DNA of 64,000 bases from Malacoraja senta (GCA_038087875.1 JAXLNO010000438.1:744001-808000); one strand, 5' to 3'. Shown: positions 49,748 through 64,000, numbered from the stretch's first letter. Numbers and translations are program-made. Notes: a model not told the origin generated them from the letters alone.

Positions 49748-51025
49748 AGAATATAGAACAAAACAGCACATGAACAGGCCCCACCACTCATGATGTCTGT
49801 GCAGAACATGATGCCAACATTAACTCTTATCTGACAGCCCATAAGCCATAACCCTCCATTTGTTGCATATCTATGTGCCTATCCAAAAGTCTCTTAAATG
49901 CCACTATCGTATCTGCCTCCACCACCACCCCTGGCAGTGTGTTCCAAGCACTTACCACTTTAAATGTAAACAAACTTGCCCAGCACGTCTCCTTTAAACT
50001 ATGCCCCTCTCACCTTAATGCTATGCCCTCTAGTATTTGATATTTCAATTGGAGGAAAAGGTTCTGACTGTCTATAGGACATAATTTTATACATCTATCA
50101 GGTCTCCCCTCAAACTCCAGGAGCCCAGAGAAAATATTCCAAGTCTGTCCAACCTCTCCCTGTAGCTAATACCCCTAATCCAGTTATCATTCTGGTAAAC
50201 GTCCTCTGAACCCTTTCCGAATCTTTCACATCCTTCCTGTAATGAGGCGACCAGAACTGCATGCATCACTCCAAATACGGCCTAACCCAAGTTCTATAAA
50301 ACTGCATCACAACTTTCTGACTCTTATATTCAATGCCCAGACCAATGAAGGCATGCATACCAAATGCCTTCTTTACCACTCTATGTGTGTTGCCACATCC
50401 AGGAAGTTATGGACTTAGACCCCAAGATCCTTCTGTACAACAATGCTGTTAAGCGTCTTGCCATTAATTGTATATTTTCCCCTTATATTCCACTACCAAA
50501 GTGCAACACCTCACACTTGCCCAGATTAATCTCCACCTACCATTTCTCTGCCCATGTCTGTAGCATATAAATAACCCACTGTATACTTTGACAGCCTTCT
50601 TCACAGTCTGTGACCCCAACAATCTTGGTGCCATCTGCAAGTTTACTAACCAACCCGTCTACATTTAAACCCAACTCATTGATATATAAACACAAACAAT
50701 AGAGGTTCCAGCACATATCCCTGCAGAACACCACTGGTCACAGACCACCAGTCTGAATATTGTCCTTCCACCACAAATCTCTGTCTTCTATCAGTGAAAC
50801 AGTTCTAAATCCATTCAACCAAGTCACTGTCAATCCCATGTACATTAATCTTCTGGATTAGAGTCTATCATGTGGGACTTTATCAAATGCTTTACTAAAA
50901 TCTAGATTACCTTCGTCACCTCTTCAAATAACTTGATCAGGTTGCATAAAACACATCCTGCCATGAACAACTGCCATGTTGACTGTCCCTAATGAACCCA
51001 TTCTCTTCCAAATGGGAGAAAATCC
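49748..51025 (-). mobile_element. Degraded CR1 LINE
   Basis: Minus ORFs contain SYRERLDRLGIFSL..RGDLIDV and LYINEL..VSKLADGTKI; tail agaatatagaac. Confidence 0.85.
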
Positions 51026-52589
51026 TGTAATACTGACACCACATTTTCTGTGTTCAGTTTATTTTTAATATTTAAATCAAGGCAAGTGTTTAAATTTCAA
51101 TTTAGAATATTTTACTATATTTCTCTTCTGCACAATTAAATATGATTTTAATTAAGATTGGATTTACCAGCATTCGGGTAGTAATGATGAGGAAAGCATC
51201 ACCGCTGGGAATTCATTATGCCTAATCAAAGTACTTAATTTAATTCAAAAAACTGTAAAACCAGTTTTCAAGTGATCAAGACTCTACAAGGACATTGCGT
51301 AGATGCATAATTGCATGGTGTACATTATTGCTGTTTTCAAAATTCCCAGAGCTAAGTAGAGCTAAGGCATTTTATTGTTCTTTCCAAAAGTGGATGAAAT
51401 AAAATATGAAATAAACAGGTATTTTACACATTTGGGTGAAAGTTTTCCAGGAAGCAGTCATTATAGATCCATGCCTTCAAATGTATCCACCTTTAACAAA
51501 GAACATTTTGCCATTTTAACAAGATATGGTTCAATGCTAAAGTTTACATTTAACTCAATGTGCACTTTTTAAATAACTACCAAAAAAGCTTATATTATAC
51601 TTGCTGAAACTCATTCTATGATTTACTAAATCAAAGTAGTTCATACTGTATCTTGTAAGAAGTCAGGCTCTAGATGGAACAAGCCGTGTACATGCGACCT
51701 TAAACAAAGCACATATTAAATATATGAAGGTCTCAGTAGAAAATGTCAAAAAGAATTTCAATGCTATAAGTATGATCATATTCTTAGTGTAGCACAAAAA
51801 TGAAATGCTGGGCAATAAAATGTCTAGGCCTCCATATCTTTAATAATTAAGAAAATGATTCTGCCATCAAAAAATATATACATATAAATATACTAACAAA
51901 AAAGCACAAAAATGCTAAATACATTCCTTTTTCCATTATTTCAATGTCCAAAGATTACAGCAAGATTTCCTTTGATTTTAAAGGCTTTTCTTCATTGCAG
52001 AACTATAAACCTGTCCATAGGATTATAGGTATCCGTACGCAGGACTTGGTCACTTCTCAATTTTAAAATAACAACGTTTATTTTAGCAAACTTGATTCAA
52101 TAGGATTTAATGTTGAGCAATGCACAAACCAAAGTTGTGTCTTCATAAAAGAAGATACTTGTCGCAGACAACCGTTCTATCTTTTAAAATAAATTGCCAG
52201 CAAGGAATACAGTTTGAAATTACAAGAGATTTTAGTAAATATTATACCATTACATAAATATTATCCTAGTTGGTTAACATATATGGATGGGTGATATTTG
52301 ACAATTAAAACTCAGATAACCTTGGAATACATTTAAAGATTTTACTTTGAAACTTATGTTTAACGCAAGATATTCCAACATCCTTGACTGATTCAAGAAT
52401 TTCAAAAAGGGAGAGAAAATTGCACTCCCTCTAAAATGATCGCTTGTACAGCATAATTCAAAGTTTACAGTAAGCAAGCAAAATGTTTGGGAGATGAGAG
52501 AAATAAAAATTACATTATTAAAGAAATAAGCAAATTTTCCTTATGGCCACAGATTATATATCTTATTTATCATTTTCTGTTGATATTTA

Positions 52590-52740
52590 ATTTAGTTTAG
52601 TTTATAGTCACGTGTTCTGAGGTACAGTTTAAAGCTTTTTGTTGTGTGCTATCCAGTTGGCGGAAAGACTAAACATGATTACATTCAAGCCGTCCACAGT
52701 GTACAGATGCAGGATAAAGGGAATAATGTTTAGTGCAAGA
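52590..52740 (-). mobile_element. Rex/Babar-like 3' tail, interrupted by the hAT element and probably resuming at 53658
   Basis: (tttag)n then gtcacgtg..gaggtacag..gttgtgtgctatccag, the reverse complement of the tail type at ~44850-44925. Confidence 0.65.
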
Positions 52741-53657
52741 CGGGCGGAAATCGCTGTCAAAACAAGGGGGGGGACAATTTCTTGGTGGGCGCGCACACAC
52801 ACACACGCGAGGCTTCGGAGGCTTCGGCCGTGGGCCCTGTGGACGGTAACATCAGGAGCTGACCTGGTTGGTGACTGACTGAACTCCAGCAACAGCAGCT
52901 TCGTCCGCCCGATTCGTGGGGCTTGAATCGGCCCATTTGCAGGGCCTTTCATCGCTTGGCGCGGCTTAAAATCGGCCGGCGGGGACTTCAATATTGGGAG
53001 CCTCGATCGCCTCGATGCAGCATATTGAATTTGAGCCGTGCTGGGCGATGTAAGGCCTTGCGAACGGGTCGATTCAGCCCTTAGAAAGCGTCTGATACCC
53101 GCTTGAATCTTTCAAAAGCTACAATGAATCACAATGTGATAAATAACACTGAAACAAATAAAACGAAGGCAAACAGAAGCACCAACCTTGGAGGGGGGAG
53201 AGAGAGATGGGAAAAACATACTAAATAACTTGTGATCGTGAATGAGGTACTTACCTGCAAGCCAGCATGGAACCCGTTCGACCGGAGCACTTAATGACCC
53301 GACCCATTTAAAAGCGATACCCGTTTAAATCTTTCCCATGCACCAATACATCCAATTAGTTCAAATGTTATTTGTACCCGCATCAGACAGCTTAAAGAAA
53401 TTCTCCGTGAATACCTTCAGTAATACTTGAAGGTCAAAACACAATTGGTGACACATTGTGTTAATACGATGTTAATGGAGACATTTAACAAGCGTTAACA
53501 GTGACACCCCCACTGTCTCGCGGAAAGTGGAGATTTTTATAGTTTATTTTTCACCGAATTTCACAATCCGGATTACAAAACATGGGGGGGATTGTCCCCC
53601 ACGTCTCAAAATATGGGAGGAACGTGCCCCCCCAACCCCCCAGGATTTCCGCCCCTG
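52741..53657. mobile_element. Non-autonomous hAT DNA transposon
   Basis: 8-bp TSD gtgcaaga at 52733-52740 and 53658-53665. TIR gggcggaaatc / gatttccgccc(ctg). Subterminal gggggacaat / attgtccccc. Confidence 0.87.
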
Positions 53658-55054
53658 GTGCAAGATAAAGTCCAGTAAAGTTCGATTAAAGATCGGTTGT
53701 GTGGTCAACACCAACAAGTTTATATTTATTGCTAATTCCTAGCCCACTTTGTTGTAATACTCTAGTTATCAAGTCAGCCACATAATTTTAGAATGCAGTT
53801 ACATATGAACCAGACTGGTTAGAGATAGTTGGCTCTATCCTACAGGAAATTAATGAACCAGCTGAGTCTAACACGACAATGTAACCCTTCTTTACAGCTC
53901 GTCATAATGTTCATGACCTATATGTTGCCAATCCAGTCACATTGCCCAACCCCCTTGCATCGTGACTCTGAAAATAGAAAGAGCAAGGAAGACTGTTAAA
54001 TTATTTATTTTAACATTTTTTTCATATGAAGGAAAAGCACGCTTTCTGATTCTCTGATGGATAAGGAGCCTATTAATATTTCATACAAAATACCATGGTC
54101 TGTTAATGAAATCCCCACAACTGTAATCATTGCCAGAGTGTTCTCTTTTTAAAATCAACTTCTAATGTTATTTTTGGGTACTTGTCACCCAGACTGTAAT
54201 CATTTCACTGAAGCAACCCATTTCTCCAATTCCCAGTATCTGTCAGCTGCAAGATGCCCAACAGTGTACCCAGCTCACTCTATTATTTTGGACTTTCCGA
54301 ACCACTCCAGGCTTTTTAAAGTACGTCAGATTCAAATATATCATTAGTAGCTGTTGAAGACGCATAGTGTGCAAGTCTGGAAATCACTTTTTAATTAGAC
54401 TTCCAAGAACCTAACTCGCTGCAAATTATGAAAGATAAGAAAGATATACTTTAGCCCAAGTCTGTGACTCTCACTCATTATTTCAGTGGAAACAATAGAT
54501 GCACAAGCTGCTTCCTAGTGCAATCAAATACAAGCCAACAAAACAGCTTGATGTCACTTATATAAAAGAAGAGATTTCCAAGTGATTAAAGCTTTATGCT
54601 GATGCCAGTTTCCAAACGCATGCATGCACTGTAATTAACACTACTAAATAAAACTGCCCCAAGCAATGTTTGGAAGTGATGCAATTCAATTTTAAGCAAG
54701 GTGCACTGTTTTGGAAGAAATGTTCCACAAAATTAGGAAATTGTCAGTTCTATTAAATATGAACACAGAAATTATATTGCATTATTAAGGTTTTATTGAT
54801 CAGGCACTCATATTGATCAGGCACTTCAATGAAAAATATAATAAATTATTTCCAGACTCCATGCATTTGTACAAGAGCAACCAGGCATAAGCAATGACGT
54901 ACAATGGCTTACAACACAAATTTGAATGCCACTTTTACAAAATTAAAATCACACAAGCATGGCCTCATTGGCACAAGGTATTTATATGGAATCAGGACTT
55001 CATAATAATATGCAGCCTGTTCCAGTGAGACTTGAAAGGAAAGCTAAAATAAAA

Positions 55055-55185
55055 ACAGAAAATGCCGGATACAATCAGCGTGTCAGGCAACATCTGTGGG
55101 AAGAGAAACATAGCTAACGTTTTAGAACCCATCCTCTGATGAAGGGTCTTCAACATGAAATGTCAGTTCTGTTTTTCTTCCCACT
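55055..55185. mobile_element. Old inverted Penelope pLTR remnant with a CTGATGA hammerhead box at 55136
   Basis: gtgggaagagaaaca...ctgatgaagggtcttcaacatgaaatgtc...tgtttttcttcccac fold-back; a SINE is inserted right after it. Confidence 0.6.
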
Positions 55186-55189
55186 GATT

Positions 55190-55485
55190 TATTTTGTTTA
55201 GTTTAGTTGAGATATAGCGCGGAACCGGCCCTTCAGCCCACTGAGTCTGCATCGACCCCTGCATATTAATACTACCCTACACACACTAGGGATATTTGTA
55301 CCAAGTAATTTAAAGTAAAAACCTGTACGTCTTTGGAGTGTGGGAGAAAACCGAAGATCTCGGAGAAAGTCCACACAGGTCATGGGGAGAACGTACAAAC
55401 TCCATACAGACAGCACCCGTAGTCAGGATTGAACCCGGGACTCTAGCGCTGTAAGGTAGTAGCCTTACGCTAACGTGCCACCCCA
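55190..55485 (-). mobile_element. HE1/V-SINE-like tRNA-derived SINE
   Basis: Reverse complement of 36243-36555; tail reads (tttag)n on +. Confidence 0.88.
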
Positions 55486-58400
55486 GATGTAGCTTGACTG
55501 GCTGAATGTATCCAGCACTTCCTGATTTTTATATTTGTTCTCCAGCAACTCAAGTTTATTTTATCTTCGCAAAAAGAAAACCTACCAGACCAGGCTCAAA
55601 CTGCATGGCCAGTTTTGGATAGGTAGCCTTTAAGTAATTAAACCTTTCTGCAGGCCATTCAGGAGACACACCCAAACACTACTCCCTTCAACACCACACT
55701 CCACCCCAACAAAAGTACGTTTACTTACAGGTACAAAATGACTGTGAAAACGCAACTCTGAGACATCTATCTAAAATGGGGAATATACATATAAATATCA
55801 AACAAAAATGTTGTTACTTTCATCTAAGAAGCACTCAAGCCCCTGCGGCACCTAGCGATCCTTGAAAGCAGACAAGGGGTCCGTGGGCACCTCGCGCTCC
55901 TGCCTCAGGGATTCGGATTCCAAATTGACATAAAACTTAACTGTTCCTTGGAGGAGACTGACCAGTAAATTCACAACTGCTAAAACCTCTTCTCTTCGAG
56001 ACTGAAAGGATTTAATTATTAGATTCTGGACGCAATTCCCTGTGGATCTGAGAATAGATTTCTCATACCATCCTTCACTGATTGGAAAAGGTTATGCATG
56101 GTTCATGACACAGAATCATATGCAAATAATTGCCTGATTATTTTGCAACGAAACAATCAATCATTTCTGGTTTCCTTTTGAATTTGAAACCACTTCCTCA
56201 AATTTGTACTAAATTTGAAGTTGTTTATATAGTAAATTGAATAAGTGAAGGACAAGACTTTAACGATAAACATATATGCCCTCCACTCAGCAATATGAAG
56301 AACAGGCAACAGCTTCACACAGGTCACCTAAAAAGGTCATGGGTAAATTTGTACGCTGTAAATCCATATGCATTCTCAATAGCACTTATTGAAATGCATC
56401 TAAAATAATTCCGAAACTTGATCAGATCCCTTCACATTAAAAAAAATATTTTGGTCATTTCTAATGAACATGCCAAAATTACAACAAAGGATTTAACATC
56501 CTTACTATTCTTTTTTGTTTACAAAACGTGTTACATTACAAGCCATATGCAAATAGGTAATTAGACTATTTGCATTGGCACAAAACAAGTATTCGATAAC
56601 ATACTCAGACATCAGTGGTAAATCTGTTCCAAATTGGTGAAAAACTGAATTTGTTAAATTATTATGCAAAACTCTGGAATATTTGTACAGGTCCACCAGC
56701 AATTTTCCAGCAACCGGTGGTCTGGCGCCTCCTTTAATCCAGACAAAGTTACAGAGTACACTTGAAATATCCCCCCCCCCCCCCCCCCCCCCCCTGGAAA
56801 TCAAGAAGAATTTCCTGGTGTGGAGAGGATAAAATGATTAAAGTATAAAGGATGGTCAGAATAAAATCAGGCACTGTGTGGTTTGGGGTGAATTCTTCTG
56901 AATTTTGAACAATTAAGATTAAGGTGGGAGAAAGGCAGTCCAGAAGCCCATCTGTCCACCTGGGTTTGATTCAGACCTCCTGAGCAATCAGTGTAGATTT
57001 TTCACATTTACCCCTGGACTTCATGGGGTTTCTCTAGGGGGCTGCTGTTTCCTTTCATATGTACTAGTTGTTGATTTAAATTGACAATTGGGAATTGTCT
57101 CCAGTGTAAGAGGGTGGTGGGAGATTTTGGAGGAAAGTGTTAATGGGCATACAAGAGAGCATACAAGGAAAGAAATGGGGGAATGGGATTGCCATGTAAA
57201 TCAGCATGGACTTGATGGACCAAATAGTCTCCTTCTGTGCCTTAAGAAAATATGAAATACAAGAAAAATCAGATCAAAAGCAACAGAAGCTTAAACGTAG
57301 AGCTGAGGAGTAACATCAAAAAAGCACACTTTCCACACAAAAAGCACTGTAAATTTTGTATTCTGGACCCAAGAGAATAATTGTGCATTCAATGACATTT
57401 TTAAGACTATAACCACTCGATTTTGATAGGTCAATGACGTTAAAGAATATAGATGAAGTGCGAGTAGGTGGATTCATGCATGAATCAGCCTGATCTGTTT
57501 GAATAGCAGAATTCTCTTTCTAATTTGTCAGATTTAAGTATTTGAATACATTTTAACAAGACTTATTTACAATAAATTATTCTTCAGTTATCACTTATAT
57601 GGCTATTTCCCTTTGGATGGATAAATAATATATTAACGTCACCAACATAGGCCATCAGATTAATAACTTATGAAGCTGCTGTCCAAACAGTATACAATAG
57701 ATAAATGCCTGCCTGCCACCTGCAATGAAGACAAATTAGCATGAGATTGAAACCCAAATGTCATACAATCATGTTAAAGCAAAGCTGAATTTATTCTTTG
57801 GTCTGAATATGACATGTAGAATGTGCGTGGTAACTTGTTTGAATAAACCTATGAATATTTGAGATTTTAAAAAGCTTATAGGGAGCTTGAAAACAAAGGA
57901 TGATTGAGAAGTATCATCAATGACACTTTTGTAAATAGATTCCACTCATATCAAATACTTCAAGTTGTTCACTGAACAACCTATGCTTTGGGAGCAATTA
58001 AGTGATGGTAAATACTGGTTTTCAATTCAGTGGATCATATTTAAGATTCTAAAACAAAATACTTCAGCAATACTAAAAATCTGAAATGAAGAAAAGAAAA
58101 TGCTTTCAGTAACTAACAGGTCACAGCCTCACCAAAGGAAAAGGCAACTAATATTTTGTTTTTAAATAATGAAAGGTGATTGGCCAGAAGCTCATTGCCT
58201 GCTTCCCTTCACCGTGAATGTTGCTCGAATTGCACCGTTTCAAATGTTTTCTGTTATTTCAGCTTTACAGTTAATCTTTGTAAGAATGTATCTACAGATG
58301 CCCTTGTTTGGTATGGTATGTGAATATCAGTATGGTTTTAACCCCCTCCGCAAAATTTACAGAGCTAGATTTCTAATAAGCAACAGGAAATATTCCATTA

Positions 58401-59339
58401 AGGATAAATAACAATTACACCAATGGTAGTTTTATTCAAATGGAAGGAATGCCAAAATCCATTGAATCATGAATGTATGCCAACATAATGAAATCTGTCA
58501 GTTTTACAATATTATAAGATTCAATCAGGTGTCTGACATACAAACTAGTCCATCATTGCCATTAAGTATCTCCAAGTAAACTTTTGAAACCTGCATAGAA
58601 CTTTGCTTCATGGTAATCTCCCATAAAGTCTCACTCTCAAACCTCATAGCAATATATGTAGTTGGGCAGCAAAGTTTGGCCACCCAAGTGCAGAAAGGAA
58701 CTCAGTCAGTTAAATCTATGAAGTGTATCAAGGAATATGCGAGAAGCTCCCAGTTTGTGTACCAATGATTATCATGCCCATTCAGCAATGACCTCCAAGG
58801 TTATCAAATAGTGCAGGAAACATTGATTTATAGGCAATTGTTTGCCTAACATACAAGGAAAACAATCATCAGATTGGCAGTCTTCATCTCAACCAACTGA
58901 AAAAAAACCAAACGTGCCGAAAAATAATTCACGGTTTGGCGGAGTACAATCTGTGTTCTTTCCTGATGGATGCACACTTCAGAAATATGCAGAGACAGCA
59001 AGTGCACACCTGACCTGCAAAGGTCAGATACCTGAAATGTGTGCAGTCAAATGATTAATAGTTTCAAGTTGGCCTTGGAAAATCACAATTATGCTTTCTG
59101 CTGTTTATCCAACCAAGTCCATTAGAATCATCAGAGGTTGAGTAGAAAAAAATCCAAACCCCATGGTTACTCTTTCAGATTCCATTAATGATAGTGGTTG
59201 AGCAGTTGGTGGAAAGTGAACCAGCAGACATATGAAATTATGTGAAACTTCCTGGTTTGGGATTCTGTGAAAAGTTGACTTAGTTCCAATCTTCCATCAC
59301 AACTGTGTTGATATCAAATTTATTGAAACACTTGCACGT

Positions 59340-60240
59340 AAACAAACTGATGGAGGAACTCAGCAGGTCAAGCAGCATCTGTGGAAGGAAATGGACAGAC
59401 AATGTTTCAGGTCAGGACCTGTCTTCAGACTGATTAGATTAGATTTTATTCTTGTCATTTGAACCTCAAAGAGGCTCAAACGAAACTCCATTTTAGAGTA
59501 GAGGGGAGATAGCTGATAGAGAGAAGTGAAGGGAAGGGGTAGGACAAGAGCTATGAAGTAGACACAGGATATGTAGAGACAGGAGTTGAGATGCTGGTTT
59601 ACATAACACAAAGCACAAAGTGTAGGAAGGAACTGAAGATGCTGGTTTACACTGAATGCTGGAGTAACTCAGGGGGTCAGACAGAATCGCCTGACCCACT
59701 GAGTTTTCCTCCAGTTTATTTTTATTTTTTCTGGGAAGTGATAGGTGAATTCAGGTAATGAGGGTATGATTGGCAGATGAGTTGATGGTTGGAGATAGCA
59801 ATCAAGGCTAGAGGATGAGATGAGAAAAGGGGACAAATGGTGGAATTTGATAAGGAAGAAAGGTGGGGCATGAAATGTACAATCAAGTGGAGCAATGGGG
59901 GGGGGGGTAAGAAGAGAACAGGAGTGGAGATAATTGGGGGGCATGGAGTAGAGAGAGGTGGTTGATGAGTAGGTGGACGAGGAAAAATAAACTGGATGGG
60001 GGCAGGTGGAGGGGAATGGTGTGTGGGGGAGGGGTTTAGCAGTAAATGAGAAGGGCGGAGTTATCTGAAATTGGACAATTCCATGTGCTCATGTCTTTGG
60101 GTTTAGGCTACCCAAGCAGAATATGCAGTCTTTCCAGTATCTGTGTGATCTCACTGACAGTGGAGGGGGCAAAGATCACACATGATGGTATGGGAATGGG
60201 AGGGAGAATTGAAATGGCTTGTAACCGGGTGCTCCAGCTG
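59340..60240 (-). mobile_element. Degraded Penelope 3' region with nested pLTR pieces
   Basis: ggaggaactcagcaggtcaagcagcatc..cttcagactga; purine-rich 3' UTR; tatgggaatgggagggagaattgaaatg endonuclease end. Confidence 0.65.
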
Positions 60241-60427
60241 GCTCAGGCTGAATCACTTATCACGCAAGTTCATTATTGAACAATACAACGCAAAGGCATT
60301 GACTATACCCATGGTGAAGATGACTTAAGTTATAGGGGTGTATTGTCACCAATTCCTGACCACTGGATTACACAAAATTCCAGTCAATACATCCAGCAAA
60401 ATAACACATTGGAGTTCTATTAATGAA

Positions 60428-60625
60428 TGTGTAGGAAGGAACTGCAGATGCTGATTTACACAGAGGATATTCACAAAATGGTGGAGTAACAGCGGGTCAG
60501 GCAACATCGTTTGAGAAAAGGAACAGGTGACTTTTCGGGTCGAGACCGTTCTCTTGACCCGAAACATCACTGGATCTCCAGAGAAGTTGGCTCATTGAGT
60601 TACTCCAGCATTTTGTGCTTATCTC
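60428..60625. mobile_element. Diverged inverted Penelope pLTR dimer
   Basis: gtaggaaggaactgcagatgctg...ttcgggtcgaga..tcttgacccgaaac..gagttactccagcattttgtg. Confidence 0.72.
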
Positions 60626-61174
60626 TAATAAAATATATTTGCCTCCTGTTTCCACCGGGATCAGTGCTGGGACCTTCAGTATTTGTCAGTTACGTTAGGG
60701 ATCTGTGGAGAGGAAGTAAATTTTTTTATAAATGGTCCTCAAGTAACAGCCAACAAGCTTCATCTTAAATCCAAGTTTCCCTCTAAGTTTAAGCTGGACA
60801 TCTGCCTTTCGTGTGCTGCAAGATGATTTAAATATGCCAACTGTTAGGCATCCAAATGTATATGTTGCCAGACAATAATTTTGACTTATTTGACAGTCAC
60901 AAAAAGCTACTGCAAACATCAGCCACTCAAATAACATTTCGGAATGGCCTGAAATCTTTCCTCCAGGAAACCATTTTATTGTGAAAATACACTTAATGAC
61001 AGCTTAGTTGTATTTTTTGAATATATGCCAGATAATTACTTTCTTCCATCCCAAAGTTCTTCCTACCGGATGCATATGTGCTGCTTAAGACAGGAGTTTG
61101 GCCATCTATTCCCACTTCTCTGCCAGTACTGTTCTACAGCCAGTCAACAGGATGTGCAAAATAGCCTGATGTTC

Positions 61175-61600
61175 CCAGCAAGGAATCAAGCCCTTCAGTC
61201 CAACTCAGCCATGCCAACCAAGATGCCCCATCCAACTTAGTCCCATTTACCCACATTTCCCCCACTTTCCTCTTAACTTTTCCTATCAATGTACCTGTCC
61301 AAATGTTTCTTTTTAATATTGTTATTGTACCTGCCTTCACTATATCCTCCGGCAGTGTGTTCTATATACCCACCATTCTCTGTGTGAAAAAGTTGCCCCT
61401 GTCAACCATCTTGATTACATTATTTTTAACTCAATCAAGTACATGACACATGATCGCCCATGTACAAAACCATGCTGACTATCCCTAATTAACACCTGTC
61501 CATCCAAATGTATGAATTTCTTATCCCACAAAATCCTCTCCAGTAACTACCACAGATGTTTGGCTAACTTGTCTATAGTTCACAGGTTTTTCTGGGGAGC
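61175..61600 (-). mobile_element. Old CR1 fragments
   Basis: Minus ORF KAGTITILKRNI; ctctgtgtgaaaaagttgccc; ccatgctgactatccctaat. Confidence 0.6.
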
Positions 61601-61942
61601 CCTTCTTAAATGGAGGCACATTAGGAAAAAACCCAGCAATTTGTACTCTGGTCTCCCAAATGACAAGCGGGGAAATCAACACACCATACTAACAAGGAAC
61701 CAAGATGATGTGACATGATTGGTGATACAATAATATTACACAAGTTTTCATTTTGCTAGAAATACAAGAGTAAGGCATTTTGCCAGGAGCATAATTTCAC
61801 CTGGTCTGCAATGGACACTTTGTTGATTAGGATTGTTTGATTCCATCAAGAAGATTACCAATCACTGAATCTGCACTTCTATATGAGGCAAGAAAAAATA
61901 TATATTCCAGATCCACCAATTGCCAACAGTAACCAACCACTA

Positions 61943-62266
61943 AGACAATAGACAATAGGTGCAGGAGTAGGCCATTCGGCCCTTCGAGCTAGCACCGCCA
62001 TTCAATGTGATCATGGCTGATCATCCACACTCAGTACCCCGTTCCTTCTCCCCATATCCCCTGACTCCGCTATCTTTAAGAGCCCTATCTAGCTCTCTCT
62101 TAAAAGTATCCAGAGAACCGGCCTCCACCGCCCTCTGAGGCAGAGAATTCCACAGACTCACAACTCTCTGTGTGAAAAAGTGTTTCCTCATCTCCATTCT
62201 AAATGGCTCACCCCTTATTCTTAAACTGTGGCTACTGGTTCTGGACTCCCTGAACATCGGGAACAT
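61943..62266 (-). mobile_element. Young CR1 3' end, same subfamily as 11498-13637 but with a different tail unit
   Basis: ORF FFTQRVVSLWNSLPQRAVEA. 3' UTR ataggtgcaggagtaggccattcggcccttcgagc is identical to that at 11522. The tail reads (agacaat)n on +. Confidence 0.92.
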
Positions 62267-63394
62267 GGAGATGAGGACACCAATGGAGTCAACGGGTAAT
62301 GTTTTCAGATATTCCCCCACATGGAAAATACCTTATTCCCTCATAATATTATCCGGTACAAAACTCAAAGGAGGGAAACAAGAAAAGAAACCATTCTTAC
62401 TTTCCAGTGCACAGTTTAGTGCAGTAACATAGTCCTGTCACCATTTTTGAAATACGTAGCTTGCTTTAACTGCACCGACCATTGTTAAACTCAGTCGATG
62501 TAATATCCAGGGTTAGAGAAACCAATGTCAGAGAAATAAAATTACAGCACTGAATATGTATACACTATTTCAAAAGCATTCCAGTGTGATTATTCAAGTG
62601 GAAAACAGTGGGTGGTATAGTGGTGGGTGGAAAGAGAAGAAACTAGAACACAAATATGCCGCACGTATTTCATTTTGCTCTCTTCATACTTTAAGGAGAA
62701 AATCTGAATATATTTGGGAAAGATGACAATGAGAAGATTATGAGTAATGATAAATTAGGAATTATATATAAGTAAAATGCAGAAAAATTAAGTATTTATT
62801 TGTTTGGCTCTTGTGTTGCATTTTATTCACATACAACACATGGAAGTAAAATTATCATGGAACAGAAATAGAAAACAGCTACAAACAGAATACAAATTAT
62901 AACCTTCTTTCTGCAACATAATGAAACGTTCCCATGCATGCCACTGAGAATTGTGAATTGCTGAATGAGTCATTCATCCAAACTCAATGCAATCCTTTCT
63001 CCTTCTATTTTCTTCTTAATTTCTTTTGTACTTTTTGTCTGATAAAGTGCCCTTGACCATGACTATGTTGACCAGTTGTAAGGGTATCTGTAATGAAGAC
63101 TAATGCCCATTATTAGCAAGTCTGAATGAAACATAACATGGGAATTTGATGGAGAAACAGAGACAATAAGTATTATAGGTTTAATTACATTTCAGAAATA
63201 AATACTTTGCATGAATATTTTTATTAATTGCTGTGCTGCGGCCAAAGCCTAAGCAGTTAAATGACAGAAATGGACAATTGTGCAGAAGCTCTGCTCATCG
63301 TATTATTTTCAGCTTTACTTTTATAGCTTTTATGTACATTGCCTGCATTATTTATTTAATTTGTGCAGATATTCACACACATCTTAATTTCAAA

Positions 63395-63852
63395 TAGACA
63401 CAAAAAGCTGGAGTAACTCAGCGGGACAGGCAGCATCTCTGGAGAGAAGGAATGGGTGACATTTTGGGTCTTCAGATTCGTTAGGGGTAAGGGAAACAAG
63501 AGATATAGACGATGATGTGGAGAAATAAAGAACAATGAATAAAAGATATGCAAAAAAGTAATGATGATAAAGGAAAAAGGCCATTGTTAGCTGTTTGTAC
63601 GAGAAGCTAGTGTGAATTGGGTGGAAGAGGGATAGAGAGAGAGGGAATGCCGGGGCTACCTGAAGTGAGAGAAATCAATATTCAACCATTGTTGCCCCAA
63701 ACGAAATACGAGATGCTGTTCTTCCAATTAGCGTTTAGCCTCAATGACAATGGAGGAGACCGAGTTGTTAGAGGTAGTCTGTGTTGGAATGGGAAGGAGA
63801 ATTAAAGTGTCTGACAACCATGAGATCAGGTAGGTTCAGGTGGGCTGAGCGA
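63395..63852 (-). mobile_element. Penelope 3' fragment (pLTR + GIY-YIG end)
   Basis: Reverse complement of ~32140-32625 / similar to 32790-33135. Confidence 0.85.
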
Positions 63853-64000
63853 TATCTGTTCTTAACTTCAGATATCTGTTACAAAATTTAGCCACTTCTT
63901 CAATTCCCATCTGTACAGCAGTGAACCCTTCAATCAAAAGTTACTCTACAAAGCAATTGAAATCATTCAGAATTCCCCCTTCCTGCTATTGAAACACCCT

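Noticed and set aside
56771..56794. Poly-C run as a functional G-quadruplex
   Set aside because: Simple homopolymer with no supporting context; its length is unreliable in assemblies.

Overview
Vertebrate-type, AT-rich, repeat-dense DNA with no host gene I can recognise, so it is intronic or intergenic. The repeat mix (CR1 LINEs, HE1/V-SINE-like tRNA SINEs, Penelope pLTRs, Rex1/Babar) points by inference to a cartilaginous fish, probably a skate or ray. Larger elements: the 3' end of an L1-clade LINE (1-1730); a structurally complete but coding-dead DIRS tyrosine-recombinase retrotransposon (2054-7592) with both termini, the internal complementary region and an ATT recombination core; a young 5'-truncated CR1 with one premature stop (11498-13637); and a TA-flanked DNA transposon (14078-17012) containing a Penelope element and a Vingi-like tail. 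Smaller elements: Harbinger, hAT and Tc1/mariner MITEs; two non-autonomous Helitrons with 47/48-bp internal arrays; and three divergent ~850-bp GC-rich non-autonomous retroelements sharing a covarying hairpin but carrying different LINE tails. There are also many tiny Penelope-pLTR insertions with minimal hammerhead-ribozyme cores, several forming long fold-backs or having their own 11-15-bp TSDs. Nearly all short ORFs in the track are repeat-derived or chance. I cannot demonstrate a novel system. The best leads are the hammerhead-bearing mini-elements, the tail-swapping GC-rich family, local templated insertions inside Penelope copies, and a promoter-like cassette in the Helitrons.
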